A stretch of 63,961 nucleotides of DNA, filler included, from Trichomonas gallinae (GCA_008369845.1; 4 parts of 4 records of this genome joined end to end with filler, not necessarily neighbours in it); one strand, 5' to 3'; shown: positions 53,266-63,828, numbered from the whole stretch's first letter. Translations and numbers: made by a program. The notes: generated from the letters alone by a model not told the origin.

Positions 53266-53540
53266 ATTTGTTTGAAACATGAATAAAAATCTTATTAATG
53301 TGTTTTTGTTACATCTTGAAATTTTTATTTGGAGAAGAACAAAAATGAGTAAATTATAGATTTCCCTCTTGAATTAATATGATTATTTTATCGAAGCAGC
53401 TGTTAAGTTTCAGAAAAAATATCATTAATGAATAAATATCTATTTAATTTCACATCTCTATTAAAATTACCAGATATGCTATAGCAAAGAAAAAATGGGG
53501 AAATGTTTGGCAAACCTGGGTAAAAAAAAATGCACAAATA

Positions 53541-54875
53541 TTATTCCTGGAAAGCGAGTGGGCAAGCTTGTGGTTGTTCATTTGGATCTTCGTCATTCCA
53601 TGGATCATTGATGTCAATTACCTGCATTCCGGAAAGTGCGGCTTCGACCATTGCATCAACGTCGAGATTTTTTTCTCCATCAACGGCTTCTTCGATTGAT
53701 GGCTTAGTTGCGACCTTCTTAGGAAGCATATGTGAGCAGCAGTCGCCAGCAGGAAGAACGGAAATCTCTTTGGTGCCGACTCTTGCTGCCTTCTCGATGA
53801 TTTCTTCCTTGGAGTCGGCCAAGAGTGGCCTCAAGACAAGCAATGGATTGATTGCGGCCTGAATTGCAGTCATCGACTCGATTGTCTGAGATGCAACTTG
53901 TCCGAGGTTGTCGCCTGTTGTCAATGCCGTGCATTTATTCTTCTTGGCGAGTGCAGCTGCAACTCTGACCATTAATCTTCTGTAGAGCGTAACACGCAAC
54001 TTAGCAGGCGCGTTTAGAGCGATCTGGCGCTGCTGCTCGCCGATGGAAACAGAGTAGAAAGTATTAGGACCTCCCCATGTGGCCAGCTGCTGAACAATCT
54101 TGCGGACTTTGCCGACAGATGAGCGCCATTCGCCGAAAGGAGATGAATGGAAGTGAACGTAAATTACTTGACAGCCTCTTCTCATCACTGACCATGCTGC
54201 GACAGGGGAATCGAAGCCTCCTGAAAGAAGAACAATTGTCTTGCCTGATGTATTGACTGGAAGGCCTCCTGCACCTTCTAATCTTTCTGAATAAAAGAAG
54301 AAACAGTCATTTTGGATTTCTATGTTAAGTCGGAGTGCTGGGTTCTTTAAGTCGACTGGAATGTTGTACGTATCATGGATGAATGCGCCGATATCCTTTG
54401 AAAATTCCATCGAATTTGTTTGATAACGTTTATCTACTCTTGATGTTTCGACCTTGAAGTTAGCAATCGGACCCTTAGCGAGAAGAGCTGTGATATACTT
54501 GCCAATCTCTTGCTTTAATAAATCAACTTCGCGTTTTACTTTGTAGCAGCGGGAATAAACGGCAACACCGAATATTTTCTTGGAAACTTGGTAAACTGTA
54601 TCAACAAAAGATATTGGTGCCGTTACTAACATTTCAACTTGCATTTGATTTACTTTAAAATTGGTAACTCCTGATGCCTTAAGCTGATGCCTCATGTTGT
54701 CAATCAATTGCTTCTCGAAAACTGGGCGATTTTTGCCTTTAAGCCATAATTCGTGTGGATGATAAATGAAATATGCCATTTCTTCCGCTGGCTGGTTTTC
54801 CTGCTTGTTTTCCTCTGTATTTTGGACTGGTTGTGTTTCAGATTGCTTAACTTCAGCTGAATTTTGCGAAGACAT
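53541..54875 (-). CDS. thiI: tRNA 4-thiouridine synthase ThiI (NFLD-THUMP-PP-loop)
   Basis: ELWLKGKNR..FE, THUMP (FKVETSRVDK...VDLKNP), GGLPV, LLSGGFDSPVA, TGDNLGQVASQT, LRPL and DCC motifs; ATG at 54875. Confidence 0.93.
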   Translation of the reverse strand: MSSQNSAEVKQSETQPVQNTEENKQENQPAEEMAYFIYHPHELWLKGKNRPVFEKQLIDNMRHQLKASGVTNFKVNQMQVEMLVTAPISFVDTVYQVSKKIFGVAVYSRCYKVKREVDLLKQEIGKYITALLAKGPIANFKVETSRVDKRYQTNSMEFSKDIGAFIHDTYNIPVDLKNPALRLNIEIQNDCFFFYSERLEGAGGLPVNTSGKTIVLLSGGFDSPVAAWSVMRRGCQVIYVHFHSSPFGEWRSSVGKVRKIVQQLATWGGPNTFYSVSIGEQQRQIALNAPAKLRVTLYRRLMVRVAAALAKKNKCTALTTGDNLGQVASQTIESMTAIQAAINPLLVLRPLLADSKEEIIEKAARVGTKEISVLPAGDCCSHMLPKKVATKPSIEEAVDGEKNLDVDAMVEAALSGMQVIDINDPWNDEDPNEQPQACPLAFQE

Positions 54876-55147
54876 TTTTTTGACCAACGATAACTTTGTA
54901 AATAAAATTTTGTTAGATTTTTATTGGTTTCTGTCATATAAATATTTACATGGCAAAAATATCAAAATTCATTCTTTGTTGTTCATTTTAAAATAAATGC
55001 TCAAAATAAATGAATATCACTTTAAAATTCAATTTTGTAAAATGTTATAAATTTCTATTTTTAAATATTCGATATTTTATGTTTTAATGCAAAAAATAAA
55101 ATTTTGGTGTTGTATATGGTTTATTGTTAGTTGCAGGAAGGAATATT

Positions 55148-55384
55148 TTACCATTTTCCGACGTGCATCTGTTCTTCAGGAGAAAATTGATACTGCTCAA
55201 TCTTTGGCCTGTCATCAAGTGGGTATCCAAGGCCGAGATAGCAAGGAAGAAGTTAGTCATCTGGAGCACCGACCTGCTTGGCGACATCATTGACTCCATT
55301 AGAAATTGGAATGCGCATTGAGCACGCGAGTTCTTCTGCAGTTGCAGCGAGGAAGATGTTCTCGATGACGCATCAAACCGATGA
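55148..55384 (-). pseudogene. Nitroreductase-family pseudogene (C-terminal half, two in-frame stops)
   Basis: Manual translation: SSV*CVIENIFLAATAEELACSMRIP...QVGAPDD*LLPCYLGLGYP...QMHVGKW*. Internal stops at 55373-55375 and 55253-55255. Confidence 0.8.
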
Positions 55385-55657
55385 GTTAGGATATTTCCTG
55401 ATTCAGTTAAATATTTGCCTTCATTTTTAACGGTAGGCGTAACATTTGGGCCAACGAATCTGTCCCAAACATCATCATATTCGTGTAGGAATAAATGTTG
55501 ATTTACAACAACATGTCACTCTGAACAATTTTTGCATTTTTTATATTTTTGTTGGAAATTTTACATTTTGACAAAAACCGAAAAAATAATTGAAAGTCGT
55601 CAAAAAAAAAAGATTAAACATAGATTTACTGTGAAATCAAATGATACTGATAATAGG

Positions 55658-55736
55658 TAGGGATGCAACTTTGGAAGATAATTTGGACTCTGGAAGATCG
55701 AAATTTAGTTTTTGGAAGATAGTCTGGAAGATACGG
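55658..55736 (+). mobile_element. Possible DNA-transposon (hAT-like) terminus at contig end
   Basis: TAGGGATGCAAC followed by four TGGAAGAT repeats, running into the gap. Confidence 0.45.
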
Positions 55737-55836
55737 NNNNNNNNNNNNNNNNNNNNNNNNNNNNNNNNNNNNNNNNNNNNTTAATTAATTAANNNNNNNN
55801 NNNNNNNNNNNNNNNNNNNNNNNNNNNNNNNNNNNN
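55737..55836. other. Assembly gap with six-frame-stop spacer
   Basis: N44-TTAATTAATTAA-N44. Confidence 0.97.
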
Positions 55837-56759
55837 ATGATGTTGAAATATGTAAACGCATCTAAACACACAATTTACAAAAATTGAGCATATTGATGCT
55901 CAAAAAATGTGTTTATTCCATTCAACCATAATAAACTAGACTAATGACAGAAATAATGTCATAATCATAATATGATCTCTTGATTTTTAGTTTTTAAAAG
56001 TATTGAAAATTAAATTTTAAATTCAGATAGGCAACAATGCGTTAATGCATATTTTATGGATAATATCAATGATTATTACAATACAAATGACCAAATTACA
56101 TATATTATAAAATAAAATATTATAAAAAGTTAAAATTCATAATAATGATAAGATATAATAAATATATTTCACGAATATTTTTATATACTTGATAAGTCAA
56201 AGTCAGATATCAGTCAACAAATAATGTCGAATATCAATTTTTTTGATTTTCAACAGTATTTTGATTTATGAAGTAAGATAATGAAGTTTCATAATGAAGT
56301 GAAAAACGTAAACTTGAAATAATGATAAAAAATTTATGTGAAATATTAAATTTCCCATAATATCAGTTTATGTTTAGGTTCAATTGATTATGTAAAGTAA
56401 AAGGATGGACTTCTATTCATATTTTGCTCCTAAAAATCGAAAAATGGATATGAAATATATTTTAATTTAATAAATTAATCGACAATTACAATTTTTTTTT
56501 GTGTATATTGATAGTTTAGTCGAATGAGATGATAGGAGTATAGTGGAGAGTTTCTGGTTTTAGGTATATAAGTGTGAAGCACAAAATGACGAAAAAATAA
56601 CAAAAAATGCCAGATTTTGTGTGAAAACTTCACCTTTTCGCAGTTTTGTCGGGTGAAAATCAACTATTAATGTCTACAGAGATAATGATAAATAAATGAC
56701 GAATTTTCACTTTTTGGTCGAAATTTCTGTAATTTTAAAGATAGAAGACAGTCAACACA

Positions 56760-59700
56760 ATGGAAAAACAAAAATCGAAAAAACCACAAAACGTGACAAT
56801 TTCAAAAATGACTGACACGGCGAATTCCTTAAGATATCTTTCTGAGGAGTGGGCCGAGTTGATTATTGCACGTGCTGTTCTTACATCTAATCTTCCAGCG
56901 GACCAGCTAAAAGTGCGTGTTAATCAACTTGATCATGCAAATCAAAAAGGAAAGCATGTTTCGCTTCCCATTCAAGAGGCATATGAATTCACATCGAAAT
57001 ATGATGCACAACAGATCGCTATGATGTTTGATTCGCTTCAAGCTGAATTAATGAATTTTCATGAAAGCAACGAATTCCCAGGCTTATTTACAAATATGAT
57101 TAAAATCATCCACGAGATTTTCCAGATGTCTTTTGACCAAATAAATCCGAAAGAAAAAGTTAAATCGTTGCATACCGATCAAATTATTAACGAGGAAGTA
57201 CTTACTGAACACGACAAGCTCCAAATTGAAGTCTTCCAGTTCTTATCTACTATTCTGTCTAAGGCATCAAAGTGCCCGTCTGTTGATTTTGGAAAAATCG
57301 ATCCAAGTATAATTTCTCAAGTATTTTACTTCATGAATCACGACCATCCTAATGCTGTTCGTGCCAGCGGTGGTGACATCCTGTCTGCGCTGTCATCGGC
57401 TCCGAAATCATGCGAAGAAATTTGCACAACCTTCTGGAAGCAGTTTAATGCTTGCAAGAAGGACGATGACTTCAGAAACTTCGCTTCTTGGATCGATGGT
57501 GTTGTCAACATCAAGCTGAACTTCAATACTCCAAAAATGACAGAACTCACACTTGCTTTTCTAAAAGCTTTCATTAATCACTCAAAGAAGATAGAGCGTG
57601 GCGTGTTACGTATGAAATTCCTCGATGTACTTTACCAAGTAATTAAGAAAGTTTGCGAGAATTCAACTGCACAAACAAATACAGACTTCACGACAGTTTT
57701 AGATCAAATCTGGGATGTCGTCGAGAAGTGGTCATCGAAGTCGAAGCACACATCATTCTGCTACGTCTTCTTGCAGCACATTTTGAGTTGCACATTTCCA
57801 AAGTTCTTCACAAAGGGTCATGGCATGCATTTCTGCGAAATTCTCTGCAAGTACGCCAAGGGTGGTGATGTTGAAATGCTCAGCTTGATCTCAAAGTTCA
57901 TTGATGAGTCACCACGCGAATTTACAAGCTCAATGATCGATGATTTCGCCAAAATGTTCAACACATACATCCTCCCGATCTTATTCTCAGGCACAGACAA
58001 GAAACGCTCACCAAGATTCAAAGATTCAGATCAATCCACACAGGTTGTTAATATTCTCACAGCTGTCGGCTTGAAGTCAGTCCTCTGCATCGTGGATCTT
58101 GCAAAAGGAACCCTCACAGCAGATAAACCTAACGATGACCATAAACGCGTCAGATTATCTGTTATTGAGGTCCTTGCAAACCTCTGCGAGAGAAATCCGG
58201 AGTCCATTGCAACACAGAATGACCAGTTATTCCCATCTATCGAGTCAATTCTCTTACAAACAGCTCCTGGACTTCCAGAAGAAATCTCATTCGCTATCAG
58301 AACATTCCCGTTGATCCACTCAAGGAATGATATGAAGCTCGCACAGATTTCTCAGATATTGTTCGATACAATCACTCAGCCAAACGTTTCTTATGCAGAT
58401 TATGCACTCAAGTCTCTCAAGAGCTTCATTATTGACATGGTGACACTTCAAAGCAACACTATGCTCCCAATAAACTACTTAGACAAGCTCTTCGAGAATA
58501 TCCACTCTCTCCCAGATGCAGATTTACAAAAACGTCTTAACCTCATCAAAGAAATATCATCTGCATTAGTACAGTCTCTTTCTCAGCAAGTATCGAACTT
58601 CGGACTCGTCAAAGGATCAAATTCTGCTATGACAGCCAACGATTGGAATAATTTCAGACTCAAACTCGACAAAACACTTCTTCCTTTCATTTTGTCCACG
58701 AATCCAGACACATCTAAGCTCGCCATAGAGATCGAAGAAATCTTCCAGTCTAAAGACCTCTCCAAGCTCGACGAAACATGCTCAGCAGACAAACCATACT
58801 ATGTCTCTAACTGGCTGAGCGACATCAAAGAGAAGAAGGAATTATTGCAGAACACAGAGTTGTTGATCCAGAACAACGCTACAACAGCAATGATTTACTT
58901 CGAGAGTGTCTTAGAATTCTGGCGCAATCATAAGAAGAGAATCGGCATGGAAAAGTGTACAAAGATTCTTTCATTCATCGCATCTACTGCAAGACATCCA
59001 TCGCAGTCAATTAGAACATTCTTCGAAGAAATCTATAAACTTTACCGCGAGGATCCTTCTTCGCTCGAAGTTCCACACGCTATTACTCTTATCCACCCAT
59101 CACTTTGGGTCCAGTTCATCGCAGACCTCAACCAGTGGATGGGCACAAACGGCTTGACGATGCAGAACTTCTGGCCACAATATGTTGGCGTTTTCTACAC
59201 ATTGGCTACAACCAATTTGTTCCAGACTGAAATTGTGTCTCAACAGAAACTCGCTGAGACATTCGAGAGATTCTTGATATCATTCTGGAAGAACTCTAAG
59301 GTCACAGATTTCCTTCTGACAGAAAAGTGCTTCAAGATTTTGCAATTATTCGTCCAATATTCTAACGATAAAATGTCACAGATCATCGAGCCAACGAATG
59401 AGTCATTCAACGCATTTATCAATGGAATCCAGTCTATGCTCGACATCGCTGACGCTGGCCAGTTCCCAGTAACATATCCTGAAACATTCTTATCGTCTAT
59501 GGCGACAGTTTTCACATATGCCAAATTCCCAGACGAGGCGATCTTCAAGACATTCTCTGAGTGGCTTATTATCTTCGGAGTCTTCTTCAAGGAGAACCAG
59601 CAGATTTCCATTTTGATGGCCCAGTTGATGACAATCATTCTCGCGCAGAATCCAATCTTGATTAGGCAGATCTTCAGAGGCACATTCTGCGAGTGTGGAC

Positions 59701-62270
59701 CAGTCTCTGCTCCATTCATTCTCGCTATCGCAAACAACTTCAAGCAGAACGAAGACTTCTTGAATGCTTACGAAAACGCAGCAGCAATTGTTATCGCAAC
59801 CATCGTTTTGCACATCAATTCTGATATATTAGTTTGCAGACAGGCAGCTCTCAAGCTCATGTGCTTGACATTCTCAAGGCCACAGGGAATCTATACAGCT
59901 GAGATCCCAGTCCAGTTAACAATGTCTGTCACATCAGAATCTGCCGCAGGCTTCTACTATCAGGCTCACCACTTCTACGAGTTCGCTTGCAAGTCTGTAT
60001 CATCCAAACTCGCATTTTCTGTCTTCGAGATTTTCTCACGCGATTTCAACTTGGTTATGTCTGAGCACTCTAAGCTTATTTCTTCGTTGATCTACTTTAT
60101 CCCTGTCGTTGTCAGCGAGCACACATTATCTGAAGTCGTTCCAGTTTTGCTTCACCTCACAACATGCTCAAGAGTCGAAGAACAGACTACAGCTATGGCT
60201 ATCCACAACATCTGGTCAACATTCTTCGTCGCTTTCGAACAGCACTATTCAACACAGGTCAACGAGCTTATTAGCTTGATCTTCGACTTCGGTGTTTCAC
60301 ATGAATCAATGACATCTAAGGAATCAAACGTTTCTGTCTTGATCTTGGTCGACGAGTTCTCAATCTTCCCACAGGAAACAGCCAAGTTCTTGATCAGCTT
60401 CCTCTGCAAGTACGACAGAGTTGCTCCAGAAGACATCAACAAGTTCGGCGAGTATCTTTCATCAGCAAACATTGACTTCGAAGTTTCCAATGAAGAAGTT
60501 ATCGCATGCAACGCTATTTCTCAGATTTTGTTCTTAGTAGAATCACGTGAGCAGTTCAACGAGTTGTTCCTCGACAAGTTGGCTGCCTTGACATACTATG
60601 GCGTCATCATGTATCACATCGACAAGTTCAGAATCGGCTTATTCCATCCATTGCTTGATTCCCTTCTCGATGCAGTTCTCTTCAGACACGCTGACTCGAA
60701 CGAAGTGTTCACATCCAACATCGAAAAGCTCGGAACAGCAAACTTGATGAAGAGGACAACATCTCTCGATGTTCAGTACCAGATTCTCACAGATATCCCA
60801 ACAAAGACAATGCTCTGCTACGATAGAGTCGCCATCAATGTTTTATCTGATCTTCTCTGCCAGGCTGATCCAGAGTTCAAGCAGAAGTTCTTCGAGATCG
60901 CAATCGGCAACGCGTTCCAGGTATTACCATCTGAGCGCGCCATGGAGCCGTTCTTGATGTTAATGGGCTTGAACAACATGTTCACGACAAAGTTCGTGTT
61001 CCAGATCTTGTTGTTCACGTTGTACGCTTTCAAGACAGCAAGAGTCGAACTTATGGACTCCATCATTGATTTGATCAACCAGAGATTGTTGGAAGATTTA
61101 CCAGAGGAAACATTTGCCACTGAAGCTCTTCCTGTCATCATTGTTTTCATCCTTTCTCTCAGCCTCGACTTCAGACGCTCATTCTCCATTCACCTTATGA
61201 AGATCATCTCAGACATCTCCGAAAAAATCTGCGGAATGTCATGCGCAGAGACAATCTCCCAGGGATTGATCGACTTTATGAGGAACTTCAACGGCGATGA
61301 ATACATTGCGTCTCTATTTGAGAGATTCATCGAAGACGTAACATCATTCAATGACCCATCAGTCAACGACATCGTCAATGCTCTTTTCCAGCTCTCAAAG
61401 TTAATCGGAGCCTCATCAACACCATTCAACTGGTGCAGCTTATTCGGCCTTGCAATCGATGCAACAAGGTACTTCTTGTCAGTCCAGTCACCACATATCG
61501 CCACTCCAATCATCCAGATGGAAGGCTTGTCTTATGAATCCATCGAGAAGTTTGTCTCATTCGTCGTCGAGAATTATGAGACAGAACGCAACAAGATCTT
61601 CTTCGCTTCATTCTACTGCAGCCTCGTCAAATTGTTCAAGGTCAACGATAACGGAATTGACACTGTTTCGATGCAGATCATCGACCAGTACTTCAGGCAG
61701 TCCAAGTTCAAGACGAACCCAGCGATGACAGACACAATCACAAAGACAATCTTCCTCATCTCCCTTTCATGCGACGACACAGGCAGACAGGCCGCATCCT
61801 CTGCCATCAACTACATCATTTCTAACCTCACACACAAGATGGACCAGGCATCGCTGTCATTGACGGTCATCCAGCCGAAGTTCATCACAGTCAAGAAGAG
61901 AGTCTTCAACACGATGATGCAAGTCGACAAGAACATCGTCGATCCAACACTTATCCCAGCAATGAAGTTGTTCTCATTCTCTGGAATGGAGATGAACGCG
62001 ATCATCGACACTCTCTGGCAGTTCCTCTCTTCAAAGATTTCGCCAACAGGCGAGAGAGTCCCAATGCCAGTCTTCAAGACAGCAGAACAAATTGCGGAAG
62101 ACGCCATTATTTCAAAGAAGAGAAGGTCATCTGCTGCAGACTCTAAATATGCTTCCTCACCACAGAAGACTGAAGCTGCTTCACCAGTTTCTCAGCCAAC
62201 ACCAGAAGAGCCACCAAAGCCAGAGGAACCAAAGCAAGTTGATGAAGCTCCGCAGGATTCTTCTGCGTAA
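56760..62270 (+). CDS. Furry/Tao3/Mor2-like HEAT scaffold protein
   Basis: 'GDILSALS...WIDGVVNIKL...LAFLKAF...LDQIWDVVEKWSSKSKH...ILSC..PKFF' parallels the MOR2-PAG1 N-terminal domain. 'AIRTFPLI' also fits. 1836 aa, strong codon bias. Confidence 0.7.
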   Translation: MEKQKSKKPQNVTISKMTDTANSLRYLSEEWAELIIARAVLTSNLPADQLKVRVNQLDHANQKGKHVSLPIQEAYEFTSKYDAQQIAMMFDSLQAELMNFHESNEFPGLFTNMIKIIHEIFQMSFDQINPKEKVKSLHTDQIINEEVLTEHDKLQIEVFQFLSTILSKASKCPSVDFGKIDPSIISQVFYFMNHDHPNAVRASGGDILSALSSAPKSCEEICTTFWKQFNACKKDDDFRNFASWIDGVVNIKLNFNTPKMTELTLAFLKAFINHSKKIERGVLRMKFLDVLYQVIKKVCENSTAQTNTDFTTVLDQIWDVVEKWSSKSKHTSFCYVFLQHILSCTFPKFFTKGHGMHFCEILCKYAKGGDVEMLSLISKFIDESPREFTSSMIDDFAKMFNTYILPILFSGTDKKRSPRFKDSDQSTQVVNILTAVGLKSVLCIVDLAKGTLTADKPNDDHKRVRLSVIEVLANLCERNPESIATQNDQLFPSIESILLQTAPGLPEEISFAIRTFPLIHSRNDMKLAQISQILFDTITQPNVSYADYALKSLKSFIIDMVTLQSNTMLPINYLDKLFENIHSLPDADLQKRLNLIKEISSALVQSLSQQVSNFGLVKGSNSAMTANDWNNFRLKLDKTLLPFILSTNPDTSKLAIEIEEIFQSKDLSKLDETCSADKPYYVSNWLSDIKEKKELLQNTELLIQNNATTAMIYFESVLEFWRNHKKRIGMEKCTKILSFIASTARHPSQSIRTFFEEIYKLYREDPSSLEVPHAITLIHPSLWVQFIADLNQWMGTNGLTMQNFWPQYVGVFYTLATTNLFQTEIVSQQKLAETFERFLISFWKNSKVTDFLLTEKCFKILQLFVQYSNDKMSQIIEPTNESFNAFINGIQSMLDIADAGQFPVTYPETFLSSMATVFTYAKFPDEAIFKTFSEWLIIFGVFFKENQQISILMAQLMTIILAQNPILIRQIFRGTFCECGPVSAPFILAIANNFKQNEDFLNAYENAAAIVIATIVLHINSDILVCRQAALKLMCLTFSRPQGIYTAEIPVQLTMSVTSESAAGFYYQAHHFYEFACKSVSSKLAFSVFEIFSRDFNLVMSEHSKLISSLIYFIPVVVSEHTLSEVVPVLLHLTTCSRVEEQTTAMAIHNIWSTFFVAFEQHYSTQVNELISLIFDFGVSHESMTSKESNVSVLILVDEFSIFPQETAKFLISFLCKYDRVAPEDINKFGEYLSSANIDFEVSNEEVIACNAISQILFLVESREQFNELFLDKLAALTYYGVIMYHIDKFRIGLFHPLLDSLLDAVLFRHADSNEVFTSNIEKLGTANLMKRTTSLDVQYQILTDIPTKTMLCYDRVAINVLSDLLCQADPEFKQKFFEIAIGNAFQVLPSERAMEPFLMLMGLNNMFTTKFVFQILLFTLYAFKTARVELMDSIIDLINQRLLEDLPEETFATEALPVIIVFILSLSLDFRRSFSIHLMKIISDISEKICGMSCAETISQGLIDFMRNFNGDEYIASLFERFIEDVTSFNDPSVNDIVNALFQLSKLIGASSTPFNWCSLFGLAIDATRYFLSVQSPHIATPIIQMEGLSYESIEKFVSFVVENYETERNKIFFASFYCSLVKLFKVNDNGIDTVSMQIIDQYFRQSKFKTNPAMTDTITKTIFLISLSCDDTGRQAASSAINYIISNLTHKMDQASLSLTVIQPKFITVKKRVFNTMMQVDKNIVDPTLIPAMKLFSFSGMEMNAIIDTLWQFLSSKISPTGERVPMPVFKTAEQIAEDAIISKKRRSSAADSKYASSPQKTEAASPVSQPTPEEPPKPEEPKQVDEAPQDSSA

Positions 62271-62692
62271 TTTTTCCTCTTCTTCTTTGTTTCCGGAATA
62301 AAAAAAAAACTAATATTGATTTATTTTAATGAAGACTTATTTACCTAATATCGTTATAAGGATGTTATTAAACATAAATGTTGAGGCAAATGCACTCATT
62401 TTGATATTTGCGTGAGTCTTAGATGAGATTGAGACAACTACTAACATTATTTTTAAAATGCTATTTTTTGATGACAAAACCTGCGAATTTTACTGAAAAT
62501 TTGTTTGATAAATGAAAGTTTCATTATGAAACAAAATGAATGCGTTCTTGTACTACATAATATGTTAATAAAACTACTTATAGTGATATACATAGTTGTA
62601 TTAAAATAAAAATCGCAATAATGATGCGATGTCAAAAAAAAAAGTTGAAATTCTGATAAATAAGTATGTCTTTAGAGTCAATGCAAAGAGGC

Positions 62693-62770
62693 TTACTGCT
62701 TCTCGGCCTTCTTGGAGATCTTGAGCTTGCCGAGGAACTTGTTGCGCTCCTCCTTTGTCTGGAAGCGGCC
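62693..62770 (-). CDS. RPL3: 60S ribosomal protein L3, C-terminal 25 aa (truncated by gap)
   Basis: Manual translation GRFQTKEERNKFLGKLKISKKAEKQ* matches the uL3 C-terminal (GH)GRFQT..EK..F.G.LK motif, with extreme codon bias. Confidence 0.88.
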   Translation of the reverse strand, partial: GRFQTKEERNKFLGKLKISKKAEKQ

Positions 62771-62870
62771 NNNNNNNNNNNNNNNNNNNNNNNNNNNNNN
62801 NNNNNNNNNNNNNNTTAATTAATTAANNNNNNNNNNNNNNNNNNNNNNNNNNNNNNNNNNNNNNNNNNNN
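62771..62870. other. Assembly gap with six-frame-stop spacer
   Basis: N44-TTAATTAATTAA-N44. Confidence 0.97.
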
Positions 62871-63302
62871 ATCATTATATTAATGCATATAATATACTGG
62901 CAAAGTTTGGAGCAAAAATACATTTCTATCGTCATTGGTACACCTCTAATCATACATTGTTTAATTTTGCGCACATAAAACATTTGAAAGACTTAACATA
63001 CGATTTTTTTCAAATCAAATTTCAATACAATTTAAATTTATCGAATCCACCTAAAATCAATTTAGGATCATTGTTGATGCCAATAATATTTTCTCGTGAC
63101 AAATCCTATAAAATCTGAAAATCTAACTTCTGACATTTTGACAACCATTGTTTACACGGATAAATTTGTCACTTTAGCAACCTTTAGCAACATGTCGGAT
63201 TTCCCTCAAATTTGAGAGGGAAGGTTGCTATGTCAGATGATTTTTTTTTTGAGTAGTTTTCGGCAAGATTTGAGAAGATCTTTTAGTAATTTAAATCGCC
63301 TT

Positions 63303-63439
63303 TGATGAGTTTATCTTCTAGTAGAAGGACACTCATCATTCTACGCCATCAACACTGGACTACCTTAAGGGTGTTACAGCTAGCAGTACCAGTTGATCCG
63401 AATCGAAGTCGTCATCAACATTGGACTACCTTTAGGATG
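63303..63439. repeat. Hairpin plus 30-bp direct repeat
   Basis: Hairpin at 63303-63338; 63344-63373 and 63410-63439 are identical at 26/30. Confidence 0.8.
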
Positions 63440-63828
63440 CCAGTTGCTAAATGTTGCAAAAAGGTGAATGATCTCTATACACGATCTATAAAATTCGTCA
63501 ATTTTCGAGAATGCTGCTTCAATTCGATGATTTTCTATTTGTAATCAATAAGCACTTCGTATATATTTTATATATATGTGGAAATATAGATGTAAACGAT
63601 AGACGAAATTGAGTCGAGGAAAAACCCCGAGTATGAAATTGAGTCTCGCTCGCATTCGCTCGGGGGCATAACCTTAAAGTAATAAAAATTTTCTGTTTTT
63701 TGTTTCAATTTTGGAATTTTTATAATAAAAACCTCAAAATTTTCGAGCAATTCATCGATATATACAATCTGTTTTATGAGTTCTTTACAATGGAACAAAA
63801 AACGCACCTTCAAAAAAATTGAGAGGAC

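Noticed and set aside
53541..54875. Bacterial contamination as the source of thiI
   Set aside because: It is contiguous with eukaryotic genes, has host-like codon usage and an N-terminal extension, and carries the same upstream motif as host genes.
57338..62107. Antisense/nested ORFs in the Furry-like gene and other long CDSs
   Set aside because: Expected shadows of codon bias; no domains.
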